Shown: positions 40,016 through 53,928 of the stretch, one piece after another | Layout of the letters: every line of letters begins with the position of its first letter | How positions within the stretch are numbered: position 1 is the stretch's first letter | Origin: Octopus vulgaris | Taxonomy: Eukaryota | Assembly: GCA_951406725.2 (NCBI GenBank) | Contig: OX597831.1 | Span: 9,052,001-9,116,000 of the forward strand | Direction of reading: 5' to 3' | Length of the DNA: 64,000 nucleotides | The notes under the pieces: generated by a model | The model's database searches: none | What the model was told of the DNA's origin: nothing | What the model saw: only the letters and a program-made list of their open reading frames with translations | Translations under genes and position numbers: made by a program

Positions 40016-40179
40016 CAGGATTGACTAAAAGTCACCTGACAGTAAAAGCATCTAAATATGAAACATCATGGAAATTGGTCCTTCTTGAGTGACACATTTT
40101 TCCTTTCGAGTCAATACACAATTACAAATAGTATTTATGGAATTTTGATTTACAGTCGGGTGACTTTTGGCCAACCCTG
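40016..40179. mobile_element. Tc1/mariner-type MITE
   Basis: CAGGATTGACTAAAAGTCACCTGACAGTAAA pairs with TTTACAGTCGGGTGACTTTTGGCCAACCCTG, followed by TA. Confidence 0.8.
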
Positions 40180-40199
40180 TACATATATATCTATATCCA

Positions 40200-40278
<79 letters not shown>

Positions 40279-40297
40279 ATATCTATCTATCTATCTA

Positions 40298-40342
<45 letters not shown>

Positions 40343-40353
40343 AATTCTTTCTT

Positions 40354-40408
<55 letters not shown>

Positions 40409-40445
40409 ATCTATATATATGTATGTATCTATGTATGTATGTATA
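40200..40445. repeat. (ATCT)n / (CTTT)n compound microsatellite
   Basis: Directly visible. Confidence 0.95.
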
Positions 40446-40484
40446 TATTATGCACGCACATATATAGAAAGAGTAATGGGTAAA

Positions 40485-40802
40485 GACCCCTTTCGGTCAT
40501 GAATGATCTTGGGATTGCACCTAGAAATTACCCTCCGAGCAAAGTTGTTTATGGAAGACCAGCAGTCACCCATGCATACCTGCCTCTCCTCTCCATACCA
40601 CCGATGTTATCCATGAAGGGAGAGGCAAAGAGGCCGATACAACTTAGCACCAGTGACATCGCAACTCATTTCTACACTTGAGTGAACTGGAGCAACATGA
40701 AATGAAGTGTATTGCACAAGAACACAACACACAACCCGATCCGAGAATCGAACTCACTCCCTCATGATTGTGAGTCCGACGCTCTAACCACCGAGCCATG
40801 TC
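40485..40802 (-). mobile_element. SINE family C
   Basis: Homologous to 4421-4758. Confidence 0.8.
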
Positions 40803-42078
40803 CATCATTATATTCAAAATGCGTTATTTGAAGAGCGAAAATATGAATTCGACGGTGGAATCCTACTGCTCAAAATGCAAATTGAATAAGAAAAATTCTA
40901 AAGGCAACTCAAATTTATACTTTAAAATTTGAATAAACAGTAATTTGGCTGTAATGTATGCATAAATGTTCACCATCCGGAATATGGTGACAGTGCAGAA
41001 TCGAACGGCATATCCTGAAAATTAGGTTGAGACTATTTGGGAAAATTAATCAAGAGGAATCTAGATTTTAATAGATTCAGACGAAATATACGATTGAGAT
41101 ACAAGTACAAACAAAATCACACACACACACACACATACACATGCACTAATATATGTATATGGGTGTATATGAGTGTATATGAGTGTATGGCTGTGACGTA
41201 TAATATATATGTATGGATTTATGCACGTGCGTACATATACACGTGGGCGTGTGTGTGTACATATATCAGCTTGGTTTATATTTTCATTGGTTGTAATCTC
41301 ACGCGGACAAAGAGGTTGTACGGCAGTTGATTTGTCAGTTTAATTCAATGATAAGTTTAAATGATAGACACAAAGGGGCGGCTTTAGGCAGCAGATATCG
41401 AATTGTAACTGACAGAGAAAATTAAACTAAATTGATTTACAAGTTTCCTTTAAAACAGCAATTATCTACGATTAATCCGTCTCCTCTAGCCATTTCGCTC
41501 AGTGTTTATTTTATTTTCCATTCTCCAGTGCATCAAAAATGCATAACACCCCTTTTACTTGTGGACTTCTCGAAACGTACTTAACAACATTGCAAACGAC
41601 AGCAATACAAAGGTTGAGACCGTAAAAGGTATCCCTATCAATCAAAGAATCTCACAATTAATATTACCAGATTCCCGGAGAGAAGGATTTCATAACCTTT
41701 TAGTATCGATCCTTCATCGTCCATCATTCTTCGACCGTGCCACGCCAGACCTCACGGTTCATCATAGCATTACGGAGGTCCTATTGCTGGATGCCTGTAT
41801 CCCTGGAGATTACATCAGGGTAGGAGAGTGTGCGCCCTCTGGTGTCGCGAGCAGATGGCTTCCAGAGGAGAAGAGTAGAAATTACCTCGTTTCCATCCTT
41901 CTGTAAATATAATCAACGTATCAGTATCCTGTAGTACATATTTCTGGTATGAAGAATTAAAAGAATTAGAATCGTGACGCAAGTTGACGCAGTGAGTTTC
42001 TCAATCATTGTTTTACTCCCGAGAAAGTAATGGACCCTCCCGCGTTAATTAATTTTTTAATATTTATTATTAATAAGC

Positions 42079-42316
42079 GTAAGGCGGCGAGTTGGCAGAA
42101 ACGTTAGCACGCCAGGCGAAATGCTTAGGAGTATTTTATCTGTCTTTACGTTCTGAGTTCAAATTCCGCCGAGGTCCACTTTGCCTTTCATCCTTTCGGG
42201 GTCGATAAATAAAGTACAAGTTACGCACTGGAGTCGATGTAATCGACTTAATCCCTTTGTCTGTCCTTGTTTGTCCCCTCTATGTTTAGCCCCTTGTGGG
42301 CAATAAAAAAAAATAT
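42079..42316 (+). mobile_element. Meta-domain-like SINE family B with 19-bp TSD
   Basis: Head GGCGGCGAGTTGGCAGAA...GAGTTCAAATTCC, body GCCTTTCATCCTTTCGGGGTCGATAAA. TSD ATATTTATTATTAATRAGC at 42060-42078 and 42317-42335. Confidence 0.9.
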
Positions 42317-42654
42317 ATATTTATTATTAATGAGCAGAGTTTCCTGTAGAGAGAGCGGGTCATTGATTTAGATGCAAAAAGCAACGATTGGACTTTGAGT
42401 ATCCTGATTGTTTGACTGACCTAGCGATTAAACAATCGATCGATTGATTGATTAATCAGCTGGTTTATTGACTTATTGACTAGTGATGACTCCTTCTGCT
42501 CTAAGCATAAGGCCTAAAATTTCGGGGAGGAACGAGCGCCGAATTTAAACATATTGCAAATTTTCCTGATGTTCAATTAACTACAGAAATATTGCACTTT
42601 TATTTATGAATCTATCTAAGCATGCTTGAAAACCTTAGGCACCTTTCAATAAAG

Positions 42655-42716
<62 letters not shown>

Positions 42717-42784
42717 AATGACATTCGAAACTCTGAGTACTATAATGACAACTTATTGATTTCCTAGATTCTACACACACACAT

Positions 42785-42828
<44 letters not shown>

Positions 42829-43034
42829 ACACACACTCACACACACACACACACACACATTGGATCATTAGCCCGGACACAAAGAGATCAAACGAAATAA
42901 GATCCAATATTTTATATACTAAATTTTTGAAAGGCCTTATACCGAAAATTGAAATTTTTTGGGGTGGGTGGGTATATCCTGGCTTTAAAATATTTATTTA
43001 CCATTTTAAAAGGATTATTCCAGAGACATATTGC

Positions 43035-43073
<39 letters not shown>

Positions 43074-43628
43074 TTTATTATGTTACATCTGAATATCTAT
43101 TTTCGCAGTAAATAACGTAAAAAAAAAGTATTCTTTAAAATATATATCTACAGTTTTAAAGCGGAATTTATTTGAAAAGCATATTTACTTTTTTCTTTCA
43201 TTCTATGCCAAAATGACAAAGACAAATAACATCAAGGAGTGCATAATAAAAAATAGTAATAGTTTATTGGAATGATGCGATAACGAAGACAGGAGCGAAA
43301 GCTTAACTAGTTTATCGATTGCATCATTCTTTTTATTGTTTCACTATTGAATTTTATCAAAGAGTAAAATACGAAGCGATTGAAATGTCGAATTTTGATA
43401 CACTTTAGGACTTGCTTATCTCCACTTTGGTCTTCTTTTAGTTCATAATTCCAACATAAAAAATAGCAGAACAATCGTGACATCTGTTTCTGTGTGGGTG
43501 TGTTAGGAAGAAAACAAACAAAATACGGAAAAGGAGAAAATTAAAACTTGGGAAAACCTTCAATAAACAATTTCAGTTTTCGTTTGTTTCTTCAACTTAT
43601 TTCCCCTGCAATACGCTTCTCGTAACTA

Positions 43629-43843
43629 AGGAGGCGAGCTGGCAGAAACGTTAGCACACCGGGCGAAATGCTTAGCAGTATTTCGTCTGTCTCTACGTTC
43701 TGAGTTCAAATTCCGCTAAGGTCGACTTTGCCTTTCATCGTTTCGGAGTCAATAAATTAAGTATCAGTTGTGTACTGGGATCGATCTAATCGACTGGCCC
43801 CTCACCCCAAAATTTCGGGCCCTGTGCCTAGAGTAGAAAAGAA
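43629..43843 (+). mobile_element. SINE family B (alternative tail)
   Basis: Same head and body as 42079; tail ...AAATTTCGGGCCCTGTGCCTAGAGTAGAAAAG. Confidence 0.85.
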
Positions 43844-43857
43844 TACACTTTTAGTAC

Positions 43858-43926
<69 letters not shown>

Positions 43927-43930
<4 letters not shown>

Positions 43931-44497
43931 TAGTTTTATTTTTATAGCGTGCTTTCACTTCACTACCGAGCGCAGCTCTCTGTGCCTTGGATATGTGCTG
44001 TGATTTGTTGTGATGCTCTGATGGTTATTGTATGGAAAGTGTTCTGCGTAGGATGTCTGCAGTGCCTAGTAGTGCAATTTTCTGTATGTTATATGTGTTT
44101 GTAAGTCCTGGTGTTTTTGTTATGTATTTGTCTGAATATTTTTTTATCATGCCTAATGCACCTACTATGATAGGAATTGTTTCTGTTTTTAGACTCCACA
44201 TTCTGGTTACCTCTATTTCCAGGTCTTTGTATTTTGAAAGTTTCTCCATTTCTTTTAGATACACGTTGTCATCTGCTGGTATTGATACATCAATTAGAAA
44301 GCATTTTCTTTCTTCATGATCTCTGACAACTATATCTGGTCTGTTGGCCTTAATTTCTCTATCTGTGTGTATCGGCATATCCCAGAGTATGGTTGCTTTC
44401 TCATTTTTTGTGAACTTTTCTGGTGTGTGCCTATACCATCTTTTTTCTGTTGTTATTCCATAATGTTGGCATAGCTTCCAGTGTATGTAGGTCCCAA
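43927..44497 (-). mobile_element. 5'-truncated Dong/R4-like LINE (RLE endonuclease domain plus 3' UTR) within (TAA)n
   Basis: ILWDMPIHTDREIKANRPDIVV...FLIDVSIP...EKLSKYKDLEIEVTRMW...IPIIVGALG...LLGTADILRRTL is a PD-(D/E)xK RLE domain, with (ATT)n on both sides. Confidence 0.9.
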
Positions 44498-44557
44498 TTA
44501 TTATTATTATTATTATTATTATCATCATCATCATCATCATTATTAAATGCAAAAAGT

Positions 44558-44690
44558 AAGGCGGTGAGCTAGCAGAATCGATAGTACGCTGGTTCAACTG
44601 CTTCGCGGTATTTCGTCCGTCTTTATGTTCAGAGTTCAAATTCCGCAGAGGTCGACAGTGTTTTTCATTCTTTCGGGGTCAATAAATTAC
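44558..44690 (+). mobile_element. SINE family B, partial
   Basis: Head and Meta-like body present. Confidence 0.8.
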
Positions 44691-46344
44691 GAAAATATAA
44701 TGACCACAAGTGCTGCCTGAATGAACGGTTGAAAGTCATAGATTTAGGTCTTGTGCTGTATTTTGGTTACATTAAAACTGAGAAACAGACCTTGTGCGCT
44801 TCCAGTGGACTGAATCTGCTGTTTGTGGTTCAGCATCACCACTTGTCACTTGGAATCCTCTCACGCAGACCAATTTTTTGTAGATATTCTGATGTGTTGT
44901 TTGTTTATAAAGATGGCTCAATATGACCTGTTTCCTGTTGATGCAATCCGTGAGTCTTGGTTTCATCTCCACATGGTCTCAGAGGGTCTGTAAAATGCCA
45001 TAGGTTGTTGATCTTCCTCCTCTGTCTTAATCATAAAATGGTAAATCCTATTCACCTGATCTTATACACAAAAGAAAGATTTAAATCAGATGACAAAGAC
45101 AAAATCATAAATATTCGCAGAAGAAAATTAAAACATTTTCTTTAAGATTTTCTTCTTTGATCTAGAAATATGAACTTTGAATCGTAGCTAAATTATCTTA
45201 AACAATAAATACTTCATTATATTGTAAGTCTGTGCTTGTTTATCCTCAGGTTATCCCCTATCGAACACATCAACGATCAAAGGCTCTCCAGCAACAGTCA
45301 CCAATTCTTTAATATATATTTTATAGTACTATTATATCTAAAACTTCTCACGTTCAAATTGCTCTGAAATTTCATTGGTATTTGTCTGCTATTTCTAAAC
45401 GCTCGAGTAGCCATTTTGAGTTCCCCATCGTTGGCAGGCTATATTGCTTTGGTTCGATTATGGTATTGTTTGTACTTTAGTGATAAATGTCTTATAAGGC
45501 TAAGAATATTGTCAAAAGAACCTCTGGCGGTGTCATTGAAGCACACTAGCTACCACACTCCAACAAGGACAGGACCGTGGGCTGAAAAACTATGCGAATT
45601 AAAGCTGCATGCACCAGGATTTGAACGAAGAGCGTAGAGACCTGGGGGTATATACTGCAATGCATTCTATTTGAAGCTTGGACATTTCTGCTAGCTGACT
45701 TCTTTATAGGCCATAAAACTTATCCCCAAATCATGGCTTTCTGCCTAAAATAAAAATCGTTATTACACATGGGAGGTGTTTATAAATGTTGAGTATACTT
45801 TATTAATTAAACCCCAATAACTGTGGACACCTTATAAGCCTTATAAACGTTGGAAGTGGAACACAATCCTGGCAGTATTTGAACTCAGAAAGTAGAACGG
45901 CCATGCAAAATACATATAAAGTTGGAGGCTGAATTGATTAAACGTCAGACTTAAGTTTTTGTGTGATATTTAATTATCTCCCTTCACTTTCTGAGTTGAA
46001 TTCCCGCCAAATTTGTGTTTGTCTTTCATTTTCCCAAAGTATCGAATACAACGCTTACTTGACTGATCGTTAATTCCTCTGAATGATGGGTCGATGGAAT
46101 CGAACAAACCCTCATCTCACGAAATGTGTGGAGTTGCGCTTCAGTTAGAAATGTTTCTTGTGGTATTGTAAAGTTTTATTAAAACATCAGAGAAAAATCC
46201 TTGTGGTATTTAGTTGTTGAAATATACGTTCTAGTTTCAAATCATGCTGAAGTCAATCTGACGGTTGTCTCATTCGAGAGAAATGAAATACGTACCATCA
46301 AGAACCGGGGGTCGATGTAATTGATCTCTCGTATGTCTTCCAAT

Positions 46345-46540
46345 GAAATTATTCTTTTATGCTCTAGGCACAAAGCCTGAAATTTTGTTGGAGGAGGCCA
46401 GTCGATTACATCGACCCCATTATGCAACTGGTATTTAATTCATCGACCCGGAAACACTGAGCGGCAAAATTGACCTCGGTAGAATGCCACTAAACATCAT
46501 CTCGTCTGACGCGATAAAGACTCGACCCGTCAGCCACTTT
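46345..46540 (-). mobile_element. SINE family B, decayed
   Basis: Reverse complement of the family B body and alternative tail. Confidence 0.7.
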
Positions 46541-48027
46541 CAGTATAATAATCCTAAAGCAATGTAGAGCATCTGCACCAAGTGTAATTATTTAGGGCTG
46601 CAGGACACCAATGAAGGCGAAGAAGTAAAACCCAGGTTCACATTTAAAACCTAACTGGTGTTGATTCTCTTTTCCTTGAAAGAATCAAATGAGAAAAGAA
46701 AGTTAAGTATCTTCAATATACTGAGGTCAATTTAGTTTCAAATCCCATAACTCCTCCAATTCTCTTCAAGAATCTACGTTACAGTTGCATCACAATCCAT
46801 TATTTAAAGTTTGGAGACAGATGCAACAAGGAGATTTATTGAAGGGTTTCCGAGATCAGCACTCGATTCAAGTACCAAGTAAATTCATCTCAACCAAAGC
46901 GATGACGTAGTGAGATAGTGTCAGCCCCGCACCCAGTAAGACATAATTAGAAAACGTGGCTGCAAAGTGAGCGTTTCCCCTCACAGAAATCCCCGGGAGG
47001 TGGGGGATTGATCTTAATAAAGAGGTTCCAAACCATAGCGTTTGCAACCTATTCAGGAAGAGTAAGACCGACGTAGTGAGATTATCATTTTGGAATTTAT
47101 GCTTCGATGGTTGCGAGGAAAACATGCGAGGGTTGAGAACTGGAGGAGCTCGTCGTCCTTGAGTTGAAAAGAAAAATCCGATCGTAACGTTTAATGCAGT
47201 TAGGTACAATCGGAGTAATAGGACGGAGAAGGGAGGTGAAGGAGCGTAAAGTGCTTGTGGGGTAGTTATACATGACAAACCAAATTCAATAGGAGGCCGT
47301 AGCAGTCTCGGAATTATAAACTGCATAGAAAGGAGACAACACGTCAATGTGTCAGAAACGGGGAGGTGGAAGTGAGTTTATGTTGATCGATTGGTGGTGG
47401 GACACTCTGGATGTGGGAGCAGTGCCCCAGGGTAGATTCAATATGAGCTTTTTAGAGATTTAATAGTTGCAGGAAGATGAAGTATTCCTTCTGTTGCGGA
47501 CGTAAGTTCAGTAGAAGAAAGCTTCAGTTTTGGTGAGGCAGAGAATTTGTAGGGGTAGTGAGGAGTTTTCGTGGACTGTGTAAGTTTAGAAAGGTATTTC
47601 TTACTTACGAACTACCAATAGTTTCATACTTTGGAGATGTAGTCTGTCAAATTTTAATAACACTCATCAGGCTCTGAGCACATGGCCTGTACAGTTTACA
47701 AATCAGGACGCTAGAACAAGAGAAATCACGAGGAAAATGAGAAAAAGACGGATGTAAAAAGTGGAAGGGTGAAATTAAACAGACAAACAAAAGAAAGAAA
47801 AGTAAAAATAGTTAAGTCCCCTTTTACTACGATGCCTTAATAAAGTTAGTTGTTGTAGAATGTATCAAGAGAGAGGATTCCAAAGTTTGTGATAGAGTTG
47901 CTCAATCCGGAGAGGGTGGTATTTTCCAGTTTGTGAAAAGAAACTTGTCCACGTGTTTGCATTTTCTGAAGGTTCCTGATATGGAATTCAGCAGTGCAGT
48001 GGAATACTTACATAAAAAATATATATA

Positions 48028-48260
48028 TATTTCTTTATTGCCCTCAAGGGGCTACACATAGAGGAGACAAACAAAAACAGACAAAGGGATTAAGTCGATT
48101 ACATCGACTCCAGTGCGAAACTGGTACTTTACTTATCGACCCCGAAATGATGAAAGGCAAAGTAGACCTCAGCGGAATTTGAACTCAAAGCGTTACGACA
48201 GACGAAATACGGCTAAGCATTTCGCCCGTCGCGCTAATGTGTCTGCCAGCTCGCCGCCTT
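48028..48260 (-). mobile_element. SINE family B
   Basis: Full reverse-complement match, with similar TTACAT(C)AAAAAATATAT flanks on both sides. Confidence 0.9.
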
Positions 48261-48803
48261 TTACATCAAAAAAATATATGCCATGTTTTAGCTGCGCGTA
48301 AGATGCATTTCTGATCCATTAACACAGAGCATGGATTTTATCCACGATAGTATGGAGCGTAGAGTTTGTCTTAAAACTCCACATATGACTAGCCAACGTG
48401 GTGACTTTACTTTTGTCGGCAAAGGTGGAGTCACAAACGGTTCGACAAATGGATTGATAGAACAACTACCACACTTAAAACAAATAAGTACTGGAATCGA
48501 TTTGTTCGATTACATCATTAAAAGCTGTGCCCCAGCATGGCCGCAATCCAATGAGTGAAACAAGTAAAAGATAAAAGATAAATTTAGTTTTGTTCTCCTT
48601 AGGACAAGAAAAAATCAACAAATGAAAAAAAACAACATTAATAACAGAAAATGTATAATTCATAAACGAAAACTAAATAACATAAACTAAAAATAAAGAA
48701 CAATAAAATCGTGAAATGTTTGAAAACGGCAATAAAAAAACCTAAAGAACTAGAATTATTTGAGGAACGATTTAATAAAGTAAATGGGGGAAAAATGAGA
48801 GAA

Positions 48804-48837
<34 letters not shown>

Positions 48838-49487
48838 GTAATAATAATAATAATAATAATAAAGTAAAAAAAGGAAAGCATGGCTAAGGTTGTTCCAGGA
48901 TCCAATGATATATTGAAAAGTTCTAACGACTATGATGTCAAAGAAGTTTCATTTCGTTTTGATTTTATGTATTTTTATGTCTTCATTTTCCCTGATTTTC
49001 GATGGAATAATAATATTTAGACTGGTTCAAGTACCATGCAATATTGTCGTGCTAGAATAGCTGTCACTTGCAGATGATATTTCTTCCGAAGCTAAAGATA
49101 GGCTCGCATTGCTAATCATATCAATGGAATACATTCATCAATAGATATCGCTCATGTCTAGTTCTTCGAGACACTTACTCGCTTTCTCTTCTCCTTTCCT
49201 TCTTTCTTCCCTGCGTTCTGTTTTTTTTTTTTTTGGTTTTTCGCTCATTCTTTCATTCGTTCGTTCCTTCGTCCGTTCTTCCTTCTTTCCTTCCTTTCCT
49301 TATTTTTTCTTCCTTCTTTTGCTTTCTTCAGATTTTCTTATTCTCTGTTTTCAGTGTTTTTTTTTAAAATTTTATTTAGCTAATGCATATTTATACATTT
49401 TCAAGGATTTTTTTTATTCATTCAAAGAGAATGCCACACACAATCATATATACATTTTTATATCTACTACTTGCGCCACGTTCCTAC

Positions 49488-49557
<70 letters not shown>

Positions 49558-49643
49558 GTGTGTGTGTGTGTGTGTGTGTGTACATATATATATATATATA
49601 TACCTATATATATATGTGTGTGTGTGTGGGTGGTGGTGGTGGT

Positions 49644-49739
<96 letters not shown>

Positions 49740-50132
49740 CGCAAGTATTATTACCGTATGTGTGTCTATAATTACAAATGTTTACTATATTATATACATA
49801 CATATATGTGAGTGTATGTGTGTGTAATAACGTATATCTGCAGATATAGGTATAAATATAGATGTATATACACAATATACACATACACATGTATGTACAC
49901 TATACATATATGCATGCATAGATTAATAAATTAATATGTATTTACGCACACACACACACACACACACATACACACACACACATAATGGGATTTGTGCATT
50001 ATATTTTGCAGAGAAAATCATTGAGAATGACGGACAATAAATGTAGGAAGTCTATAAATATTCATGACTATATACATCCGCCCATACACCCGCATGTATT
50101 ACCGTATGTGTGTCTATAATTACAAATGTTTA

Positions 50133-50180
<48 letters not shown>

Positions 50181-50223
50181 GTCACAATGTCTAACGCCTC
50201 TTCTCTCGCTCACACTCTTTCTC

Positions 50224-50273
<50 letters not shown>

Positions 50274-50920
50274 TATGCACACATATGATTATTTACATCC
50301 TCGATATGAACATGGTCACAAACACACACACACACACACACACAAATAAATGTGTGTATGTGTATATAAATGTGTATACATATATCTACACATTCAAACA
50401 TATACACATACACACACACATTTTAAATTGCTGAGGTAACTCGACTGACGATAAATTGGAAATAAATTCAGAATTGCATATTCTAATAAACATAGATGCA
50501 ACGTCGATACGCACATGGGGTCTCTCTTAACGAAACAAAACGATTTAACAATGCGATTAGTATGGCAGGTTATTTTCGACTCATCGTTCGAACCAAGGGA
50601 GTGATAGACAGAAGGCCAGCAATAGGCGGAGGGAGCTGAGGAGAAAATAAGGAAAGAGATAAAAGGTGAGAGAGATTTAGAATTGTATTTAGAAAAAATT
50701 CGACGAGAGACAAGCTCAGGTGTTGTTTATTTGCATATCTTTACGACAAGGAGAGGCCGGACCAACTAACCAGCTACTATGATATACTTTAGATTCCATA
50801 TCTCTTGCATTTATTAATTAATTGAATTACTGACAAACATTGGTGTAGTTCTACGTCAATGCTAAATGTATATCTATTTAAGCTACACCTGGAAAATATA
50901 TGTTTACCTGTGCGTGTATA

Positions 50921-51146
50921 TATCTCTTTACTACCCACAAGGGGCTAAACACAGAGGGGACAAACAAGGACAGACAAACGGATTAAGTCGATTATATCGA
51001 CCCCAGTTCGTAACTGGTACATAATTTATCGACCCCGAAAGGATGAAAGGCAAAGTCGACCTCGGCGCAATTTGAACTCAGAACGTAACGGCAGACGAAT
51101 ACGGCTACGCATTTCGACCGGCGTGCTAATGTTTCTGCCAGCTCGC
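50921..51146 (-). mobile_element. SINE family B
   Basis: Full reverse-complement match. Confidence 0.9.
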
Positions 51147-51919
51147 GGCCCAACCTGTGCGTGTATATATACACACTCGCATACTCGCATACATACGCAC
51201 ATATATATTGGAGAAAGAGAGAGGGCGAGAAAAAGAGTGTGTGATGGAGAGAGAGGGAGAAAGAGAGAGGATGTAAAGCACTGGTATGTCTCTCTAATTT
51301 CACTTCTCTCAAATTTTCACAGCTGTAGGACTCCGTGGGAAAAGCATCGGATTTTCCACTCCCAAAGGTAAGTTCCCTTTACGCTTTTTGGTGACCACCA
51401 TTACAAAATGTCGGTTGAGAAGGAGAGTTAGTGACCGCTGAAGGCCATCGAGGCTGTCGATTTTTATTTCCATTCTATTACGCATTTAAGTTTCTAAGTG
51501 CAGAAACAATATGAAAGATGGGCATGTAGGATATTCCAGAGGACTATGGTACTTAGCAGAGAAGATGTATATAGGTGGAATATATGAACGACTTTCGTGT
51601 ATGCATGTTTGCATGACGAAAATAGGAGCAGGACAGGTACATAGAGATATCGGTTTGTTGCTGTAGGATCAAAGGTTTAGGAGCTGAGAGTAAGTAGTCT
51701 TGGACATAAACAATATAAAACTATATTTTCATACATACATCTCGTGATCTTTTTAGTGGTAGTGTGGCATAAATCGAATAAACATTTGCACCCAAATGTA
51801 GTGGCTTAAATTATAGCCTAACGCAACATTTCTCATGGAAGTGCAAGACCCTGTGAGGTGTCTGTGAACATTTGAAAAGAGCGGATAAATTGTCATGTTT
51901 GATAATATATAAAGTTAAG

Positions 51920-52672
51920 AAGGCGGCGAGCTGGCAGAAATGTTAGTACGCTGGGCGAAATGCTTAGCGGTATTTCGTCTGCGGTTACGTTCTGAGTTCA
52001 AATTCCACCGAGGTAGACCTTACCTTTCATCCTTTCGGGGTCGATAAATTAAGTACCAATTAAGCACTAGGGTCGATGTAATCGACTTAATCCGTTTGTC
52101 TGTCCTTGTTTGTCTCCTCTATGTTTAGCTCCTTGTGGGTAGTAAAGAAATAGGTATTTCGTCTGCGGTTACGTTCTGAGTTCAAATTCCGCCGAGGTCG
52201 ACTTTGCATTTCATTTTTTCGGGGTCGATTAAATAAGTACCAGTTACGCACTGGGGTCGATATAATCCACTTAATATGTCTGTTTGTCCTTGTTTGTCCT
52301 CTCTGTATTTAGCCCCTTGTTGGTAGTAAAGAAATAGGTATTTCAGTCGATGCTACATTTTGAGTTCAAATGCCGCCGAGGTCGACTTTGCCTTTCACCC
52401 TTTCGGGGTCGATTAAATAAGTGCCAGTTATGCACTGGGGTCGATATAATCGACTTAATCCGTTTGTCTGTCCTTGTTTGTCCGCTCTGTGTTTAGCCCC
52501 TTGCGGGTAGTAAAGAAATAGGTATTTCATCTGTCTTTACGCTCTGATTTTAGACTCTGTTTCTCATCCTCTCGGGGTCGATAAATTAAGTACCAGTTTC
52601 GCACTAGGATCAATCTAATTGACTGGCCCCACTCCTCCAAAATTTTGAGCCCTGTTCCTAGAGTAGAAAAGG
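51920..52672 (+). mobile_element. SINE family B with 184-bp tandem amplification
   Basis: One head, then units starting GGTATTTC at 51969, 52153, 52337 and 52521. Confidence 0.9.
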
Positions 52673-53734
52673 ATATATAAAATTAAGATTTCATACTTTT
52701 TCATCTTGTCCAACACCGCGATGAAGAAAAATGATTTAAATAACATGGATGCATACTTTGTTTCCTTTCATTAATAAAGTTGGAGGCGAAGTGACGTAAA
52801 ACATTTTCACCTATATTTGATGGGGAGAGTGGTATCTTTCGGCTTGTGGATCACTGCCTCTTTAGTTCATAATACATCAAGTTCGCTTTGGTGGAGGTGA
52901 TTGACTTCTTAGTGGATAAAATTAATAGCAAGCTATTTCAATTCCAGGAGAATGTGTAGAAAGAAGAGATATAGTTCTGCTTCATTTCTGGGTTATCATT
53001 TAATGTGTTTTCTTGTATGTATACAGCTGCGATACTATTCTATATATGTGACCAGTAGCCTAGATTTGGCCGCAGATGTTTATACTGCTTCATAAACCGA
53101 TATGGTCTAGCTTTGAAGGGGAATCTAATTTGTGCGCCAATTCTATATTCATAAGAAATCATCGGAGATTGTGAAGTATAAATTTCGTGGCATTTACCCA
53201 AGATTCAGTTGTCTTATTCGTGTATATAGTTTTAATATGATTTAATCAGTGAATCAAAAGCAGCGTCTGTACACTTCGTTACAGCCTCTGAGATTGGAGA
53301 GAGTACGATGCAAAGAAATTCTGAGCCGGTCTGAACACTAACAACGGAGTCGAAATCCCTTAAGACAATTCATGGGCCAGATACAGAGTTAAACCTGATA
53401 GATTTAGTTTAGCAGACGAAATAAAGTGCACACCAAGCTTGTTGTATGTAATAAAAGTTTGCGTTGGTGCTGTAGGATCTGATTAACCTGCCGAAGCTCA
53501 GTGGAGTGAGCTGTCGATGTCTCTAAACGTGGACATAGTGACTGAAGCCTAGCAAATCTAAAATCTAAATGGACATGCTTATAATGGCTGTGTGGTAAGA
53601 GTTTGTTCTCCTGGATTCTGTCCCACTACCGACCAAAGCCTTGTGAGTGGATTTGGTAACAAGCCCGTCGTGTGTGTATATATATATAAATGTATGTATG
53701 TATGTATGTATGTAAATGTATATATATATGTATG

Positions 53735-53782
<48 letters not shown>

Positions 53783-53806
53783 TATAAACGTATGTATGTA
53801 TGCATG

Positions 53807-53927
<121 letters not shown>

Positions 53928-53928
53928 C

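Noticed and set aside
50430-50680. Strong minus-strand acceptor-like tract near 50635
   Set aside because: No clear donor or recognisable reading frame; purine-skewed tracts are common here.
44705-51760. Faint LINE-like relics (about 44705-45010, 46800-48000, 51370-51760; also 35185-35690)
   Set aside because: Too decayed to assign a family by eye; these need a profile search.
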